Below, piece after piece: positions 19,048 to 29,876 of a stretch of 64,000 bases of DNA. The DNA comes from Alcaligenaceae bacterium. Its GTDB lineage: Bacteria; Pseudomonadota; Gammaproteobacteria; Burkholderiales; Burkholderiaceae_B. The DNA lies in the NCBI GenBank assembly GCA_012511555.1, contig JAAZFX010000056.1, positions 19,445-83,444 of the forward strand, given 5' to 3'. The notes beneath the pieces are model-generated. The model searched no databases and was not told the origin of the DNA. It was given only the letters and a program-made list of their open reading frames with translations. How positions within the stretch are numbered: the stretch's first letter is position 1; every line of letters starts with the position of its first letter. Position numbers and translations under genes: made by a program.

Positions 19048-20505
19048 TCAGTTAATTACGCTGTTTACTGCTTCTTGACTTGCTTGCAAAGCATCTGAAG
19101 TCACTGTTATCGCAGTCCAGCCACCCCCTAAAGCTTTATAGAGCTCTAGACGATTTTGTAAAGACTCTAAACCAACCTGTAGGAAACTTTGTTGAATATT
19201 AAATAAATTAATCTGCGCTTGCTGAACTTGCAAGAAGTCATCAATACCCGCTTCATATCGCTGCTCGGAAAGGTTTAAACTTTCATAGGCTGCTGATTGC
19301 TGCTCGCGAAGTGCATCTAGCTGCTCTGCATAGCTCTGCTCACCAACAAGTGCATCTGATACCTCTCGAAAAGCTTCCTGAATGGTTTTTTCATATTCCA
19401 GCACTGCAATTTCTTCACGTACTTCTGCCAAATTCAAGTTATTTCGTAAAGAACCGGCGGTAAAGATTGGCATCGTAATACTAGGATTAAAAGACCAAGT
19501 TTCAGTTTGACGATCAAACAAACCACTAAACTGAGGGCTAATCGTACCGAATAAACCGGTTAAAGAAATAGTTGGAAAGAAAGCAGCACGAGCCGCACCA
19601 ATTTGGGCATTAGCTGACTTGAGTCTGTGTTCAGCAGCAATGATGTCTGGACGTCTTACTAATAAGGTAGAGGAAACTCCCGCAGGAATCTCGCTAAGTA
19701 AGTTATCGGCACCAAATGGAACTGCTGCTGGCAGAGTGGCCGGCTGTGGTTGACCAATTAACACATCAAGCGCATTGGACGCCAGCTGTACCTGACGATC
19801 CGAGGCAGCTAAAGCTGCCTTAGCTCCTTGCAAAGTGGTGCGGGCTTGATTACGCTCTAAACCAGAGGCAACTCCGGCTTGAAAACGCCTTTCAACTAAA
19901 TCATAGCTACGTTGATAAGAATCAATCGTATTGCGAGCCAAATCCTGAGAGCTTTGTGCAGTACGCCAAGCAAAATAGGTTGAACTAACTTGAGCTATCA
20001 ACCCTAACTGCATACTTTTGCGCGCTTCATCAGTCGCTAAATACTGCTCAAAAGCAGATTCACTCAAGCTGCGCTTTCTGCCCCAAAAATCCAATTCAAA
20101 GGCAGTAACGCCCAAACCTGCTGTGTAGCTACGACTAATACTATCTTGACCTGGCATACGCATATCAGGCGGTAGGCGCTGTGCACTTTGCTGTGCATTG
20201 GCACCGATATGAGGCAGTAAATCACTACGCTGTATACCATAGAGCGCTCGAGCTTCTTCTACCCGTTGGATAGCAATCAACATGTCCCGGTTGTTTTTCA
20301 AAGCCAAGTCAATCAAAGCAAGTAGACGTGGCTCCTGAATAACCTCGCGCCAACCTAAATCAGCACCACTCAGAAGACCAACCGGCCCAGTCACAGAGGA
20401 AGCATTGTACTCTGCAGGCACTGGTGCTTGCGGTTGCTCATACTTAGGATTAAGTGAGCAAGCCGCTAACAGCAAACTTAAACTGAGTATAGATAATTTT
20501 TTCAC
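19048..20505 (-). CDS. RND efflux outer-membrane lipoprotein (OprM/NodT family)
   Basis: Lipobox LAAC; RRPDI.AAEH.L..ANAQIGAARAAFFP.ISLT and LYKALGGGW. Confidence 0.93.
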   Translation of the reverse strand: MKKLSILSLSLLLAACSLNPKYEQPQAPVPAEYNASSVTGPVGLLSGADLGWREVIQEPRLLALIDLALKNNRDMLIAIQRVEEARALYGIQRSDLLPHIGANAQQSAQRLPPDMRMPGQDSISRSYTAGLGVTAFELDFWGRKRSLSESAFEQYLATDEARKSMQLGLIAQVSSTYFAWRTAQSSQDLARNTIDSYQRSYDLVERRFQAGVASGLERNQARTTLQGAKAALAASDRQVQLASNALDVLIGQPQPATLPAAVPFGADNLLSEIPAGVSSTLLVRRPDIIAAEHRLKSANAQIGAARAAFFPTISLTGLFGTISPQFSGLFDRQTETWSFNPSITMPIFTAGSLRNNLNLAEVREEIAVLEYEKTIQEAFREVSDALVGEQSYAEQLDALREQQSAAYESLNLSEQRYEAGIDDFLQVQQAQINLFNIQQSFLQVGLESLQNRLELYKALGGGWTAITVTSDALQASQEAVNSVIN

Positions 20506-20508
20506 AAA

Positions 20509-23500
20509 CTACTCCTCATTCTTTTTATCAGTGGTGCCTTTTGGAGCACCCTCGTTGCTATCTGCATCATGTGTTATCTCAGGAAATGCTTCGCTGTAAA
20601 TCATATCTTTATTTTCACGATCACGTAATTCAGATTCTTGCTCTTCAACCTGTGCACCTAAAAGTCTAGGCTTAGTTTTAAATAACTTAAGTACAACGAA
20701 GAAAAATACCGGCACAAAGAAGATAGAGAATACAGTAGCGGCAATCATCCCACCCACGACACCAGTACCTAGAGTGCGTTGACCCGCAGCACCAGCACCG
20801 GTAGCTAACATCAACGGAGTCACACCTAAAATAAAGGCAAATGAAGTCATTAAAATTGGTCGTAAACGTAAGCGCGCTGCACGAACAGTCGATTCAAAGA
20901 GCGGTTGACCAATGGCCACAGCATCCTTAGCAAACTCAACAATCAAAATAGCGTTTTTAGTCGCTAAACCAATTACCGTCACAACACCAATTTGGAAGTA
21001 AATATCATTTGCTAGATCAAACATATAAGCAAAAGCTACTGAACCTAACAAACCAAGGGGGACAATCATCACAGCAGATAACGGAATGGACCAGCTTTCA
21101 TATAGAGCTGCTAACACCAGGAATACTACAAAGAGCGACAGCAGCATCAATATAGGGCCTTGATTGCCAGCTTGAATCTCCTGATAAGATAGACCTGTCC
21201 ACTCAAAACCGATATCCGTAGATAAGTTATCACGAATCAATTGCTCCATTTCTGCCATCGCATCACCGTTGGCCACACCAGGAGCAGCTGAGCCGCTGAT
21301 ATTTACTGCGTAATAACTGTTATAACGTTGAACTAAACTCTGCGCCAAGCTCCATCTGATATCGACAAAGTTAGAAATTTCAACTAAGTCACCAGCTAAA
21401 TTACGTACTTTGAGGTTTAGCATATCATCGGGCGAACGGCGGAAAGGATTGTCAGCTTGTACCCACACATCCTGCATACGGCCCATATTAGGGAATTTAC
21501 CCAAATAGGCGCCACCGGTTGCGGTAGAAAGGACTTGTGCAATATCCGCAAAGTTAACGCCATAAGTCATTGCCTTGGCACGATCCACTTTAATTTCCAA
21601 AGCCGGACCGGCACTTAAGCTCGAAATACGTACGTCTTGCAAACTAGAACTTTCTGAAGCCAATGCAATTAACTGATCAGCCTGTACACGTAACTCGTTA
21701 ACACCCAAAGTTCCGCGGTCTTGTAAATACATTTCAAAACCGGAGGCATTACCTAAAGAAGGAATTGGTGGTGGGATTACGCTAAACATGGTTGAATCAG
21801 GCACGCCGAATAACAACGCACCTGTTGCCCTACCGGCAATTTCTTGTGCCGTAGCAGTACGCTCACTAAAGTCTTTTAATGGCGAGAAAATAATACCCGC
21901 ATTGATACCAGTACCATTGAAACTAAAACCACGAATACTAACAACGTGTTCAACCGCCTCTTCTTGCTCGAAAAAAGCTCTAGCTTCATCTAGTGCAGCC
22001 TCTGTACGATCAGCTGACACACCAGAAGCCAATTCAACGTTAGTTACTACCACCCCCTGATCTTCATTCGGCATGAAAGAACTCGGCAACTGCGTAAAGA
22101 AATATAAAGCACCTACTGATAATGCCAAATAAATAAAGATCATGCGACCGCCGCGTTTAACCATGTGAGCGACAGAACCTGTATAGCTTTCTGTTAAACG
22201 ATCGAAGTTACGGTTAAACCATCCAAAAAAGCCTTTACGATCATGCGCACCAACAGTAATTGGCTTTAAGAAAGTCGCGCACAAAGCGGGTGTAAAGGTT
22301 AAGGCAAAGAAACCAGAGAAAGCAATAGACACCGCCATCGTTACCGCAAACTGACGATAAATAATACCCGACGAGCCACTCATAAAGGCTAGTGGCAGGA
22401 ACACTGTCACTAAGACCAAGGTAATACCGACAATTGCCCCGCCAATTTGAGGCATCGCTTTGATTGTTGCCTGTAGAGGTGGAATGCGTTCTTCCATCAT
22501 GATTCGTTCAACGTTTTCCACAACAACAATCGCGTCATCCACCAAAATACCAATGGATAATACCATTGCCAATAAGGTCATCGTATTAAGAGAAAAGCCC
22601 ATAAACCACAGCACTGCTAACGTTCCAAGAAGTGCGATTGGCACCACTAACGCCGGAATCACCGTATAGCGGAAATTTTGCAAAAAGATGAACATCACGA
22701 TAATAACGAGCACAATCGCTTCAATTAAGGTATGAAAAACCTTTGAAATAGACTGTTCAACATAAGGTGTAGTGTCATAAGGGATTGCATAACCAATTCC
22801 GTCAGGGAAGTACTGCGACAACTCCTCCATTTCTGCACGGACCAGTTTAGCAGTTTGTAATGCATTGGCGCCTGCAGATAAGTTAATGGCGAAAGTCCCT
22901 ACTTCCTTACCATCAAGCTTTCCGCTAAAAGCATAGGAGCTCGAACCAATCTCGACGCGGGCGACATCACTAATGCGCACCAAAGAGCCATCAGAATTAG
23001 CACGCAGCACCACATCCTTAAATTCGTCAACATTAGTCAACTCACCATTAACAGAGGTAATGGCTGTTGTAGTCAGCCCCTCTGCTGCAGGAGGCGCACC
23101 TAAAATACCCGCCGGAATGGGGATATTTTGTGAACTCAGAGCCTGATTAACATCGATCATGGTTAGGCCATATCCAGTCAATTTGTCCGGATCAACCCAA
23201 ATACGCATTGCCCTTGGTGCAGCAAATAACTGGAAGTTACCTACACCCTCAATACGTGAAATACTATTTTTAACATTTCGGCTAATATAGTCAGCAACGC
23301 TAGCTGCATTAACTTCAGGGTTCTCTGAAAACATTGAGACAATCATCAAGAAGTTAGTTAATCCCTTGGAGTAACGAACACCCTGCTCCAATACTGCTTG
23401 CGGCAAAGAAGACTCAATATTTGATACGCGGTTTTGTACATCAACCTGAGCCATGTCATGATCAGTCCCTGGCTCAAACGTAACGACAATATTCGCTCTA

Positions 23501-23757
23501 CCACTCGAGTCCGCTGTCGATGAATAATATAGCAAACCATCAGCACCGTTTAACTCATCCTCAATCAAACTGATCACTGAGCGGGAAACTTCTTCAGCAG
23601 AAGCACCAGGATAGGTCGCACTAATAGTAATGGCTGGTGGTGCCACATCCGGATATTGTTCTACCGCTAAATTATTAATTGCTAAAAGACCGGCACATGA
23701 AATCAGGATCGCCAGCACCCAAGCAAAAACCGGGCGATGAATAAAGAAATAAGACAT
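20509..23757 (-). CDS. HAE1 RND efflux permease (AcrB/MexD-like)
   Basis: FFIHRPVFAWV, GILVDDAIVVVENVER, KNAILIVEFA and RLRPILMTS. Confidence 0.95.
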   Translation of the reverse strand: MSYFFIHRPVFAWVLAILISCAGLLAINNLAVEQYPDVAPPAITISATYPGASAEEVSRSVISLIEDELNGADGLLYYSSTADSSGRANIVVTFEPGTDHDMAQVDVQNRVSNIESSLPQAVLEQGVRYSKGLTNFLMIVSMFSENPEVNAASVADYISRNVKNSISRIEGVGNFQLFAAPRAMRIWVDPDKLTGYGLTMIDVNQALSSQNIPIPAGILGAPPAAEGLTTTAITSVNGELTNVDEFKDVVLRANSDGSLVRISDVARVEIGSSSYAFSGKLDGKEVGTFAINLSAGANALQTAKLVRAEMEELSQYFPDGIGYAIPYDTTPYVEQSISKVFHTLIEAIVLVIIVMFIFLQNFRYTVIPALVVPIALLGTLAVLWFMGFSLNTMTLLAMVLSIGILVDDAIVVVENVERIMMEERIPPLQATIKAMPQIGGAIVGITLVLVTVFLPLAFMSGSSGIIYRQFAVTMAVSIAFSGFFALTFTPALCATFLKPITVGAHDRKGFFGWFNRNFDRLTESYTGSVAHMVKRGGRMIFIYLALSVGALYFFTQLPSSFMPNEDQGVVVTNVELASGVSADRTEAALDEARAFFEQEEAVEHVVSIRGFSFNGTGINAGIIFSPLKDFSERTATAQEIAGRATGALLFGVPDSTMFSVIPPPIPSLGNASGFEMYLQDRGTLGVNELRVQADQLIALASESSSLQDVRISSLSAGPALEIKVDRAKAMTYGVNFADIAQVLSTATGGAYLGKFPNMGRMQDVWVQADNPFRRSPDDMLNLKVRNLAGDLVEISNFVDIRWSLAQSLVQRYNSYYAVNISGSAAPGVANGDAMAEMEQLIRDNLSTDIGFEWTGLSYQEIQAGNQGPILMLLSLFVVFLVLAALYESWSIPLSAVMIVPLGLLGSVAFAYMFDLANDIYFQIGVVTVIGLATKNAILIVEFAKDAVAIGQPLFESTVRAARLRLRPILMTSFAFILGVTPLMLATGAGAAGQRTLGTGVVGGMIAATVFSIFFVPVFFFVVLKLFKTKPRLLGAQVEEQESELRDRENKDMIYSEAFPEITHDADSNEGAPKGTTDKKNEE

Positions 23758-23768
23758 GAATCAGACTC

Positions 23769-24977
23769 CTATTGCGCAGCTGCGGCTTCTGTAGCCTCGC
23801 TAACCGGCATTAGGTCGTCAGCTGTGTCTGGCGCCTTCTCAAAAGGCTGCGGTCTAACAGGCTGACCGGCGCGAATTTTTGTAAAACCCTCAACGATAAC
23901 TTGTTCACCCGCCTCTACACCATTTACAACGTGAGTGCGACCGGCAAAATCCTGACCTAAGGTAACAGGGCGATCACGCACAACATTTTCTTCGTCAACA
24001 ATCATCAACTTATTTACACCTTCTGCTGTACGTTGAATGGCTTGATTTGGAACGAAGATTGCATCATTAACCGCAGCACGCGCTAAACGCACCTGCACAT
24101 AAAGCCCCGGCAACAAATGCTGATTTGGATTAGGGAAAGTTGCGCGCAACTGCACCTGACCAGTGCCTGGATTAACAGTCACTCCGGTAAAGAGCAATTC
24201 ACCTTTTTCGGGATAAACCGTGCCATCTTCAAGTAATAATTCAACTTCAGCAACCCCATCAGATAAGGTATTGATATTGCCAGCATCTATTTCGCGACGT
24301 AGCTGACTAAGCTCAGCAACTGTTTGGTTAAAGTCAACATACACTGTATCTAATTGCTGCACTAAAGCTAGAGGAGTTCCACTAACCTCGCTCACTAAAG
24401 CGCCTTCAGTCACTAAAGCACGTCCAACAATACCATCAATAGGTGAAGTCACATCGGTATAACCAAGCTGAATCTGTGCATTTTCCAGAGCGGCTTTAGC
24501 TTGCTCAATTGAAGCATTGGCTAAGCCAGCTTGTGCAACTGCATTATCATATTCTTGACGGCTAATAGCAGCAGAGTCAACCAGACCACGATAACGTCTG
24601 GATAGAGCATTAGCACTCTGCGCAGTAGCTTCAGCCTGTTTTAAAGAAGCTGCTGCCTGGTTATAGGCAGCCTGATACGGTTTTGGATCAATCTTGAATA
24701 ATAGCTGACCAGCTTCAACTCGACTACCCTGCTCAAACTCAATAGTCTCAATATTACCCGTCACTCGAGCCAAAATTTGTGCATCTTTGAGCGCATTTAC
24801 ACGACCCGGTAATGTACTATAAAGCTTAGTGGACTCCTCTTGAGTCTCAATTACACTAACCGCCATTGGCGGCGGCGTCTGCTGCTCCCCCTCTTGCGAA
24901 CAAGCACTTAAGGTCAATAAAGCGGTGACCCCTAATGACACCATTAGGCCACGTGTGGCATGTTGATTTTTTTTCAT
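23769..24977 (-). CDS. RND periplasmic adaptor lipoprotein (AcrA/MexC-like)
   Basis: Lipobox LSAC, GQLLFKIDP, SPIDG and LRATFPNP..LLPG. Confidence 0.93.
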   Translation of the reverse strand: MKKNQHATRGLMVSLGVTALLTLSACSQEGEQQTPPPMAVSVIETQEESTKLYSTLPGRVNALKDAQILARVTGNIETIEFEQGSRVEAGQLLFKIDPKPYQAAYNQAAASLKQAEATAQSANALSRRYRGLVDSAAISRQEYDNAVAQAGLANASIEQAKAALENAQIQLGYTDVTSPIDGIVGRALVTEGALVSEVSGTPLALVQQLDTVYVDFNQTVAELSQLRREIDAGNINTLSDGVAEVELLLEDGTVYPEKGELLFTGVTVNPGTGQVQLRATFPNPNQHLLPGLYVQVRLARAAVNDAIFVPNQAIQRTAEGVNKLMIVDEENVVRDRPVTLGQDFAGRTHVVNGVEAGEQVIVEGFTKIRAGQPVRPQPFEKAPDTADDLMPVSEATEAAAAQ

Positions 24978-25073
24978 GGATAACCTATTTTGTATCTATA
25001 ACTCATTAGCCAATGAATGAGAAGATAAGTTAAAAAACGAAAAGTGACGATAGATACAGCTAAACTGCAAAAG

Positions 25074-25101
25074 GACGATAAAACTATTGATGTTTATCGT
25101 C
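25074..25101. promoter_or_regulatory. Inverted repeat upstream of the RND operon (candidate operator or leader hairpin)
   Basis: GACGATAAA-N10-TTTATCGTC, about 100 bp upstream of the adaptor ATG. Confidence 0.35.
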
Positions 25102-25296
25102 TAGGAATTTATATCACTCAATGTAACCTATTTAAATCTTTTTACTAAAAAAATTATGATTTCATCACAATTTCTTTAAGAAAAGGAACGACTATTGTAC
25201 ATAAATCTAACTGCCTAGGCAAGCAATTACCCTTGATCTACTAAGGCCATCAATGAAAAAAACATGCTAGTGTGTACAACCTTGATAACACCATTA

Positions 25297-26091
25297 CTAA
25301 TCTAATAGCAATGCATCATCTTCAACCTCTTCGCCACGCACCTTTTCGAACATACTCAATAAATCACTCACAGTCATTTGAGCACGTTCATCACCACAGA
25401 CATCTAAAACAACCTTGCCTTGATGCAGCATAACCGTTCGATCACCGTGTTCCAATGCTTGTTTCATGCTATGCGTCACCATCATGGTAGTTAATCGTTG
25501 CTCGTGGACAATTTTTTCGGTTAACTCAAGAATAAAACTGGCAGTTCTCGGATCTAAAGCAGCCGTATGCTCGTCCAGCAATAAAACCTTACTCGGCTGC
25601 AAAGTTGCCATTAACAAACTTACCGCTTGACGCTGCCCACCGGACAACAAGCCTATTCGATCACTCAAGCGGCGCTCCAAGCCCAACCCTAAAACAGCCA
25701 GACGCTCTTGGAAAAAATCTCTCATAGCCGCTTTAATAGCAGGTCTTAGTCCACGCTTATGGCCACGGCTATAGGCTAAGGCCAAGTTTTCTTCAATCGT
25801 TAAATCCTCACAGGTACCAGCCATCGGATCTTGAAAAACTCGCGCTACATCCTTGGCTCGATCCCATACCGCTAAACGTGTGACATCTTGCTTATTAATC
25901 AAGACCTGCCCGCGATCGACACAAGCCTCACCCGCTACAGCATTTAATAAGGTACTTTTACCAGCTCCGTTAGAACCAATGACAGAAACAAACTGACCCT
26001 CATCAATCGTCAGTGAAGCGCCGCACAAAGCCTTAGTTTCTATTGGCGTGTTGTGATTAAAAGTGATATGAACATTTTTAATTTCAAGCAT
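25297..26091 (-). CDS. ABC transporter ATPase (COG1101 type)
   Basis: GSNGAGKS, VFQDPMAGT, LSGGQRQ and DEHTAALDP. Confidence 0.9.
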   Translation of the reverse strand: MLEIKNVHITFNHNTPIETKALCGASLTIDEGQFVSVIGSNGAGKSTLLNAVAGEACVDRGQVLINKQDVTRLAVWDRAKDVARVFQDPMAGTCEDLTIEENLALAYSRGHKRGLRPAIKAAMRDFFQERLAVLGLGLERRLSDRIGLLSGGQRQAVSLLMATLQPSKVLLLDEHTAALDPRTASFILELTEKIVHEQRLTTMMVTHSMKQALEHGDRTVMLHQGKVVLDVCGDERAQMTVSDLLSMFEKVRGEEVEDDALLLD

Positions 26092-26977
26092 CGCTATCTC
26101 GCTTTTTAATTAATTTTTTTAACTTTGGCATAATTAAGGCAATGGTAACTAATAAAGCGGTAACCAGATTTAAGTCTTGCGCTTTTAAGCCTATGAAGTC
26201 ACTGTTTAGTGCTAAAGCAATAAAGAATCTATAAATAATAGCGCCCAATACCACTGACAATAAAATAACTGCAAAGCGACGGGCGTGAATCACACTTTGG
26301 CCTAAGATAACTGCTGCTAAGCCAATCACTATCGTCCCGATTCCCATGGAAATATCAGCACCACCCTGTGACTGAGCAAATAAAGCACCACCTAAAGCGA
26401 CCATGGCATTTGACAGAGCCATGCCACCAACAACAGAACGATCGGTGGTTACACCTTGCGCGCGCGCCATACGCAGGTTAGCCCCTGTCGCTCGCATTGC
26501 CAGGCCTGAGCGCGTTGAGAAATAAAGATTTGTTAACACCCAAAGCAACACCACCACTAAACCGAGCACCACCGGACGCCATATATAATCAGATATGGCA
26601 GACGACTGAGTTACGGTAAATACAGTATCATTAAAAATCAATGGAATATTAGGACCGCCCATAATTCGCAAATTGATGGAGTACAAAGCGGTCATCATCA
26701 AAATACTGGCGAGTAAATCCATAATCCCCAACTTGGTATTTAACCAGCCCGTAATTGCACCTGCAAAAGCACCAGCCAAAGCCGCACAGAGTGACGCTAA
26801 AAAGGGATCATAACCCTGACTAATCATTAGTGCAGCAACTGCACCACCAGTAGCAAATGTACCATCGACTGTTAGATCAGGAAATCGAAGAATTCTGAAT
26901 GAAATAAAAACGCCCAGAGCAACAAGGCTATAGATAAAGCCTAACTCCAGCGCGCCTAAAGAGGCTAAAAAAGACAT
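26084..26977 (-). CDS. ABC transporter permease (COG4120 type)
   Basis: FRILRFPDLTVDGTF, LYSINLRIMG and GIGTIVIGLA. Confidence 0.9.
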   Translation of the reverse strand: MSFLASLGALELGFIYSLVALGVFISFRILRFPDLTVDGTFATGGAVAALMISQGYDPFLASLCAALAGAFAGAITGWLNTKLGIMDLLASILMMTALYSINLRIMGGPNIPLIFNDTVFTVTQSSAISDYIWRPVVLGLVVVLLWVLTNLYFSTRSGLAMRATGANLRMARAQGVTTDRSVVGGMALSNAMVALGGALFAQSQGGADISMGIGTIVIGLAAVILGQSVIHARRFAVILLSVVLGAIIYRFFIALALNSDFIGLKAQDLNLVTALLVTIALIMPKLKKLIKKRDSDA

Positions 26978-27093
26978 GAATCAAAACACCTAAAGAGCTA
27001 CTTTTAAACAACAAGAAGTAAGAAACACCAAGCTGATGAAGTAAATACCGATAACCAACCTAGCTTGGCGTTCAAATTATAACCAGCCGTAGC

Positions 27094-28077
27094 TTATTCA
27101 ATCACTTTTTGAGCCGAATTTAATAATTCCTCACTAAACTCAATACCAATACGTTCAGCCATTTTTTTATTGAGATGAGTTTCTAATTGATTAGAGGTTT
27201 CCCAAGCAATATCGCCCGGATTTTCACCATTTAAAATGCGTGCAACCATCTGCCCTGCTTGTACACCTAACTGTCTATAATTGACACCTAAAGCAGCAAT
27301 GGCACCACGCTCCACACTATCAGTATCCGAAGCAATCAAAGGCAATTTGGAATCCAAAGACACCTTAGTCAACGATTCGTAAGTAGCGATCACATTATTA
27401 TCCGTTGTTGAGAAAATCATATCCGACTTCCCTACTAAACTACGCGCTGCTGAACTCACGTCTACCGTACGTGGAGCCGCAGCCTCAATTAAGGTTAAAT
27501 CGTACTGAGGCATCAATTTTTTTAACTGTTCTACAACGATTTTAGAGTTTATCTCGCCCGGGTTATAAACTAGACCAACCCTTTTAGCATCGGGTAATGT
27601 TTTTTTAATGAGTTCTAATGAAGCCGCTAGCGGTAACTCATCCGACATACCGGTTACATTAGTGGTAGAAGGTCCACGGTCTTTGACTAACTGAGCAGCA
27701 ACAGGATCCGTCACAGCACCAAAAACTACCGGTATGGTTTTAGTTGCAGCAACCACGGCTTGTGCTGACGGTGTACCGATAGCCACAATCACGTCAGGAC
27801 TTTCACCAACGTATTGACGAGCTATTTGCGCCGCTGTGCCTGTATTGCCCTGAGCAGTTTGATATTTAACACGTAAACTCTCGCCTTCTTTAAAACCTTC
27901 AGTCGCTAAGGCCTCGACTACGCCCTCTTTAAAAGCATCAAGAGCCGGATGTTCGACAATGGATGTAATTGCAACGTATTTGTCAGCAGCCAATACTACG
28001 GCGGGAGCCACAACGCCAAGACTGACAATAAAGCCAAGTGCCAAGCCTAAGGATCTATTCTTAAAATTGCTCATCAA
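27094..28077 (-). CDS. ABC substrate-binding protein (COG2984, putative aromatic amino-acid binding)
   Basis: IVEHPALDA, AVTDPVAA.LV, NVTG.SD and YNPGE.NS. Confidence 0.88.
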   Translation of the reverse strand: MMSNFKNRSLGLALGFIVSLGVVAPAVVLAADKYVAITSIVEHPALDAFKEGVVEALATEGFKEGESLRVKYQTAQGNTGTAAQIARQYVGESPDVIVAIGTPSAQAVVAATKTIPVVFGAVTDPVAAQLVKDRGPSTTNVTGMSDELPLAASLELIKKTLPDAKRVGLVYNPGEINSKIVVEQLKKLMPQYDLTLIEAAAPRTVDVSSAARSLVGKSDMIFSTTDNNVIATYESLTKVSLDSKLPLIASDTDSVERGAIAALGVNYRQLGVQAGQMVARILNGENPGDIAWETSNQLETHLNKKMAERIGIEFSEELLNSAQKVIE

Positions 28078-28109
28078 CTCTTCTCCTAAATAGGATTCAA
28101 TGGGAATAA

Positions 28110-28919
28110 CTAAATAATAACTTTATTAGCTCGGACAATATGCTGATTGTCCTGTTCTTTTAGTAAGATATCTAAAAAATCCGGTGCCGGTAACGCATAA
28201 TCTAACTGCACTTGCTTGGCTCGGGCTTTTAACTCTTTAGTCGTAAACTCAAAAATCGGACCTTTAAAAGCCATTATGATACGATTCCCATCTTCAGTTT
28301 CAGGAAACATAATGACTCTATTATCAAAAGCTGCTCGAATATTAGCTAGATTCTTGGCAAAACTTGGATGATGACCAAAAAGATTAAAAGTAGCAATACC
28401 GCTTTTCCCTAAGACATTGGCACAGCCTTTATAAAACTTCTTCGAACTGCAAACAGGTCCCTCGGCAGTGTAGTCATACAAATCAACCATCAACACAGCA
28501 TACTGTCCCTGCACTTCGACGTCATGCACCCATGACTCAGCATTAGCTTGAGTAATTTGACAACGTTCAGTTTCTTCTACGTGAAAATGGTCCTGCACAC
28601 ACATAATCACCAATTCACTCCACTCAACACAGTTAATAGGCGCATCGGTATAGTGTTGAAAAAAACGAAAATGGCTCCCCGCACCAAGACCCAGTAAGGC
28701 TATCGCTTTATCTTTAGTCGCTTCCTGAAATAATAACCAGGCGCACATCTGCCGAGTATATTCAAAGACTAAAAAATTCGGCTCAGACAAAGACATCACG
28801 CCTTGTGCCCATGGACTATCGAAGTGCAAATACCGACACTCGCCATCCTCTGCCAACATAGGGACATCAAATTCGGGGTGTGGAGCATGTTTTTTCATAT
28901 TTTTAAGACTAAATAGCAA
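28110..28919 (-). CDS. Spermidine-synthase-like SAM-dependent transferase
   Basis: RYLHFDSPW.QG.M, LGLGAGS, LMVDLYD and NLFG. Confidence 0.75.
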   Translation of the reverse strand: MLFSLKNMKKHAPHPEFDVPMLAEDGECRYLHFDSPWAQGVMSLSEPNFLVFEYTRQMCAWLLFQEATKDKAIALLGLGAGSHFRFFQHYTDAPINCVEWSELVIMCVQDHFHVEETERCQITQANAESWVHDVEVQGQYAVLMVDLYDYTAEGPVCSSKKFYKGCANVLGKSGIATFNLFGHHPSFAKNLANIRAAFDNRVIMFPETEDGNRIIMAFKGPIFEFTTKELKARAKQVQLDYALPAPDFLDILLKEQDNQHIVRANKVII

Positions 28920-29064
28920 ATGGTTATAATTTTGGATTTGTAATTTAATTACATATCTTAGTGAAAATAGTCAGGAATTTGCACTGCCACCACCTTAAAG
29001 AGCAAAATACCTGCTTAGATTGTTAAGATATAGGCTCTTTAAATCCACTTTTATTTATACAAAA

Positions 29065-29847
29065 ATGATGATTGCCACTTGGAATGTCAATTCTTTAAAA
29101 ATTCGTCTGCCACAAGTTATTGATTGGCTACAAGAAAACCCGGTCGACGTTTTATGCTTACAAGAATTAAAGCAAGACACTGAATTTTTTGATCTCGCTT
29201 CTTTTGAAGAGATAGGTTACACCGCATGCTGGAGCGGTCAAAAAACATATAACGGGGTAGCGATAATCAGCCGCACCGAAGGCAAAGATATAGTCCGCAA
29301 CAATCCCCTGTTCGAAGATCCTCAACAACGTCTTATTGCTGCAACTTTTGAGACTGATCAGGGACCAATTCGTGTCATTGATGTGTACTGCCCTAACGGC
29401 AGTGCTGTTGGCAGTGATAAATACGAGTACAAACTGGCTTGGTACAAGGAACTGACTAATTTCGTTAAAAGTGAAATGGAAAAACATCAGCATGTTGTTT
29501 TAACCGGAGACTTTAATATTGCCCCAGAAGATCGTGATGTACACGAGGGCTACAAAGGAGATATTTTAATTTCCCCTCCAGAACGCGCCGCATTACAAGA
29601 GTTAATTGACCTTGGTTTACACGACTCATTCAGACTTTTTGAGCAAGAAGAAAAAAGTTTCTCATGGTGGGATTACCGCATGATGGGCTGTAGACGCAAT
29701 GCCGGTTTACGTATTGACCATATCTTGATCTCCGAATCCTTAAAACAAATTTGTGAATTCTGCTGGATTGATAAAGAACCGCGTCGTCTAGAAAGGCCTT
29801 CTGACCATGCGCCTGTTGTCGCCAAAATCACAGCTACGCTAACTTAA
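29065..29847 (+). CDS. xth: Exodeoxyribonuclease III
   Basis: IATWNVNS, LQE.K, GDFNIAP, GLRIDH and SDHAP; ATG 29065 or 29068 preferred. Confidence 0.95.
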   Translation: MMIATWNVNSLKIRLPQVIDWLQENPVDVLCLQELKQDTEFFDLASFEEIGYTACWSGQKTYNGVAIISRTEGKDIVRNNPLFEDPQQRLIAATFETDQGPIRVIDVYCPNGSAVGSDKYEYKLAWYKELTNFVKSEMEKHQHVVLTGDFNIAPEDRDVHEGYKGDILISPPERAALQELIDLGLHDSFRLFEQEEKSFSWWDYRMMGCRRNAGLRIDHILISESLKQICEFCWIDKEPRRLERPSDHAPVVAKITATLT

Positions 29848-29876
29848 GAGAAATCAACATCTAAAGCCAAAGGTTA

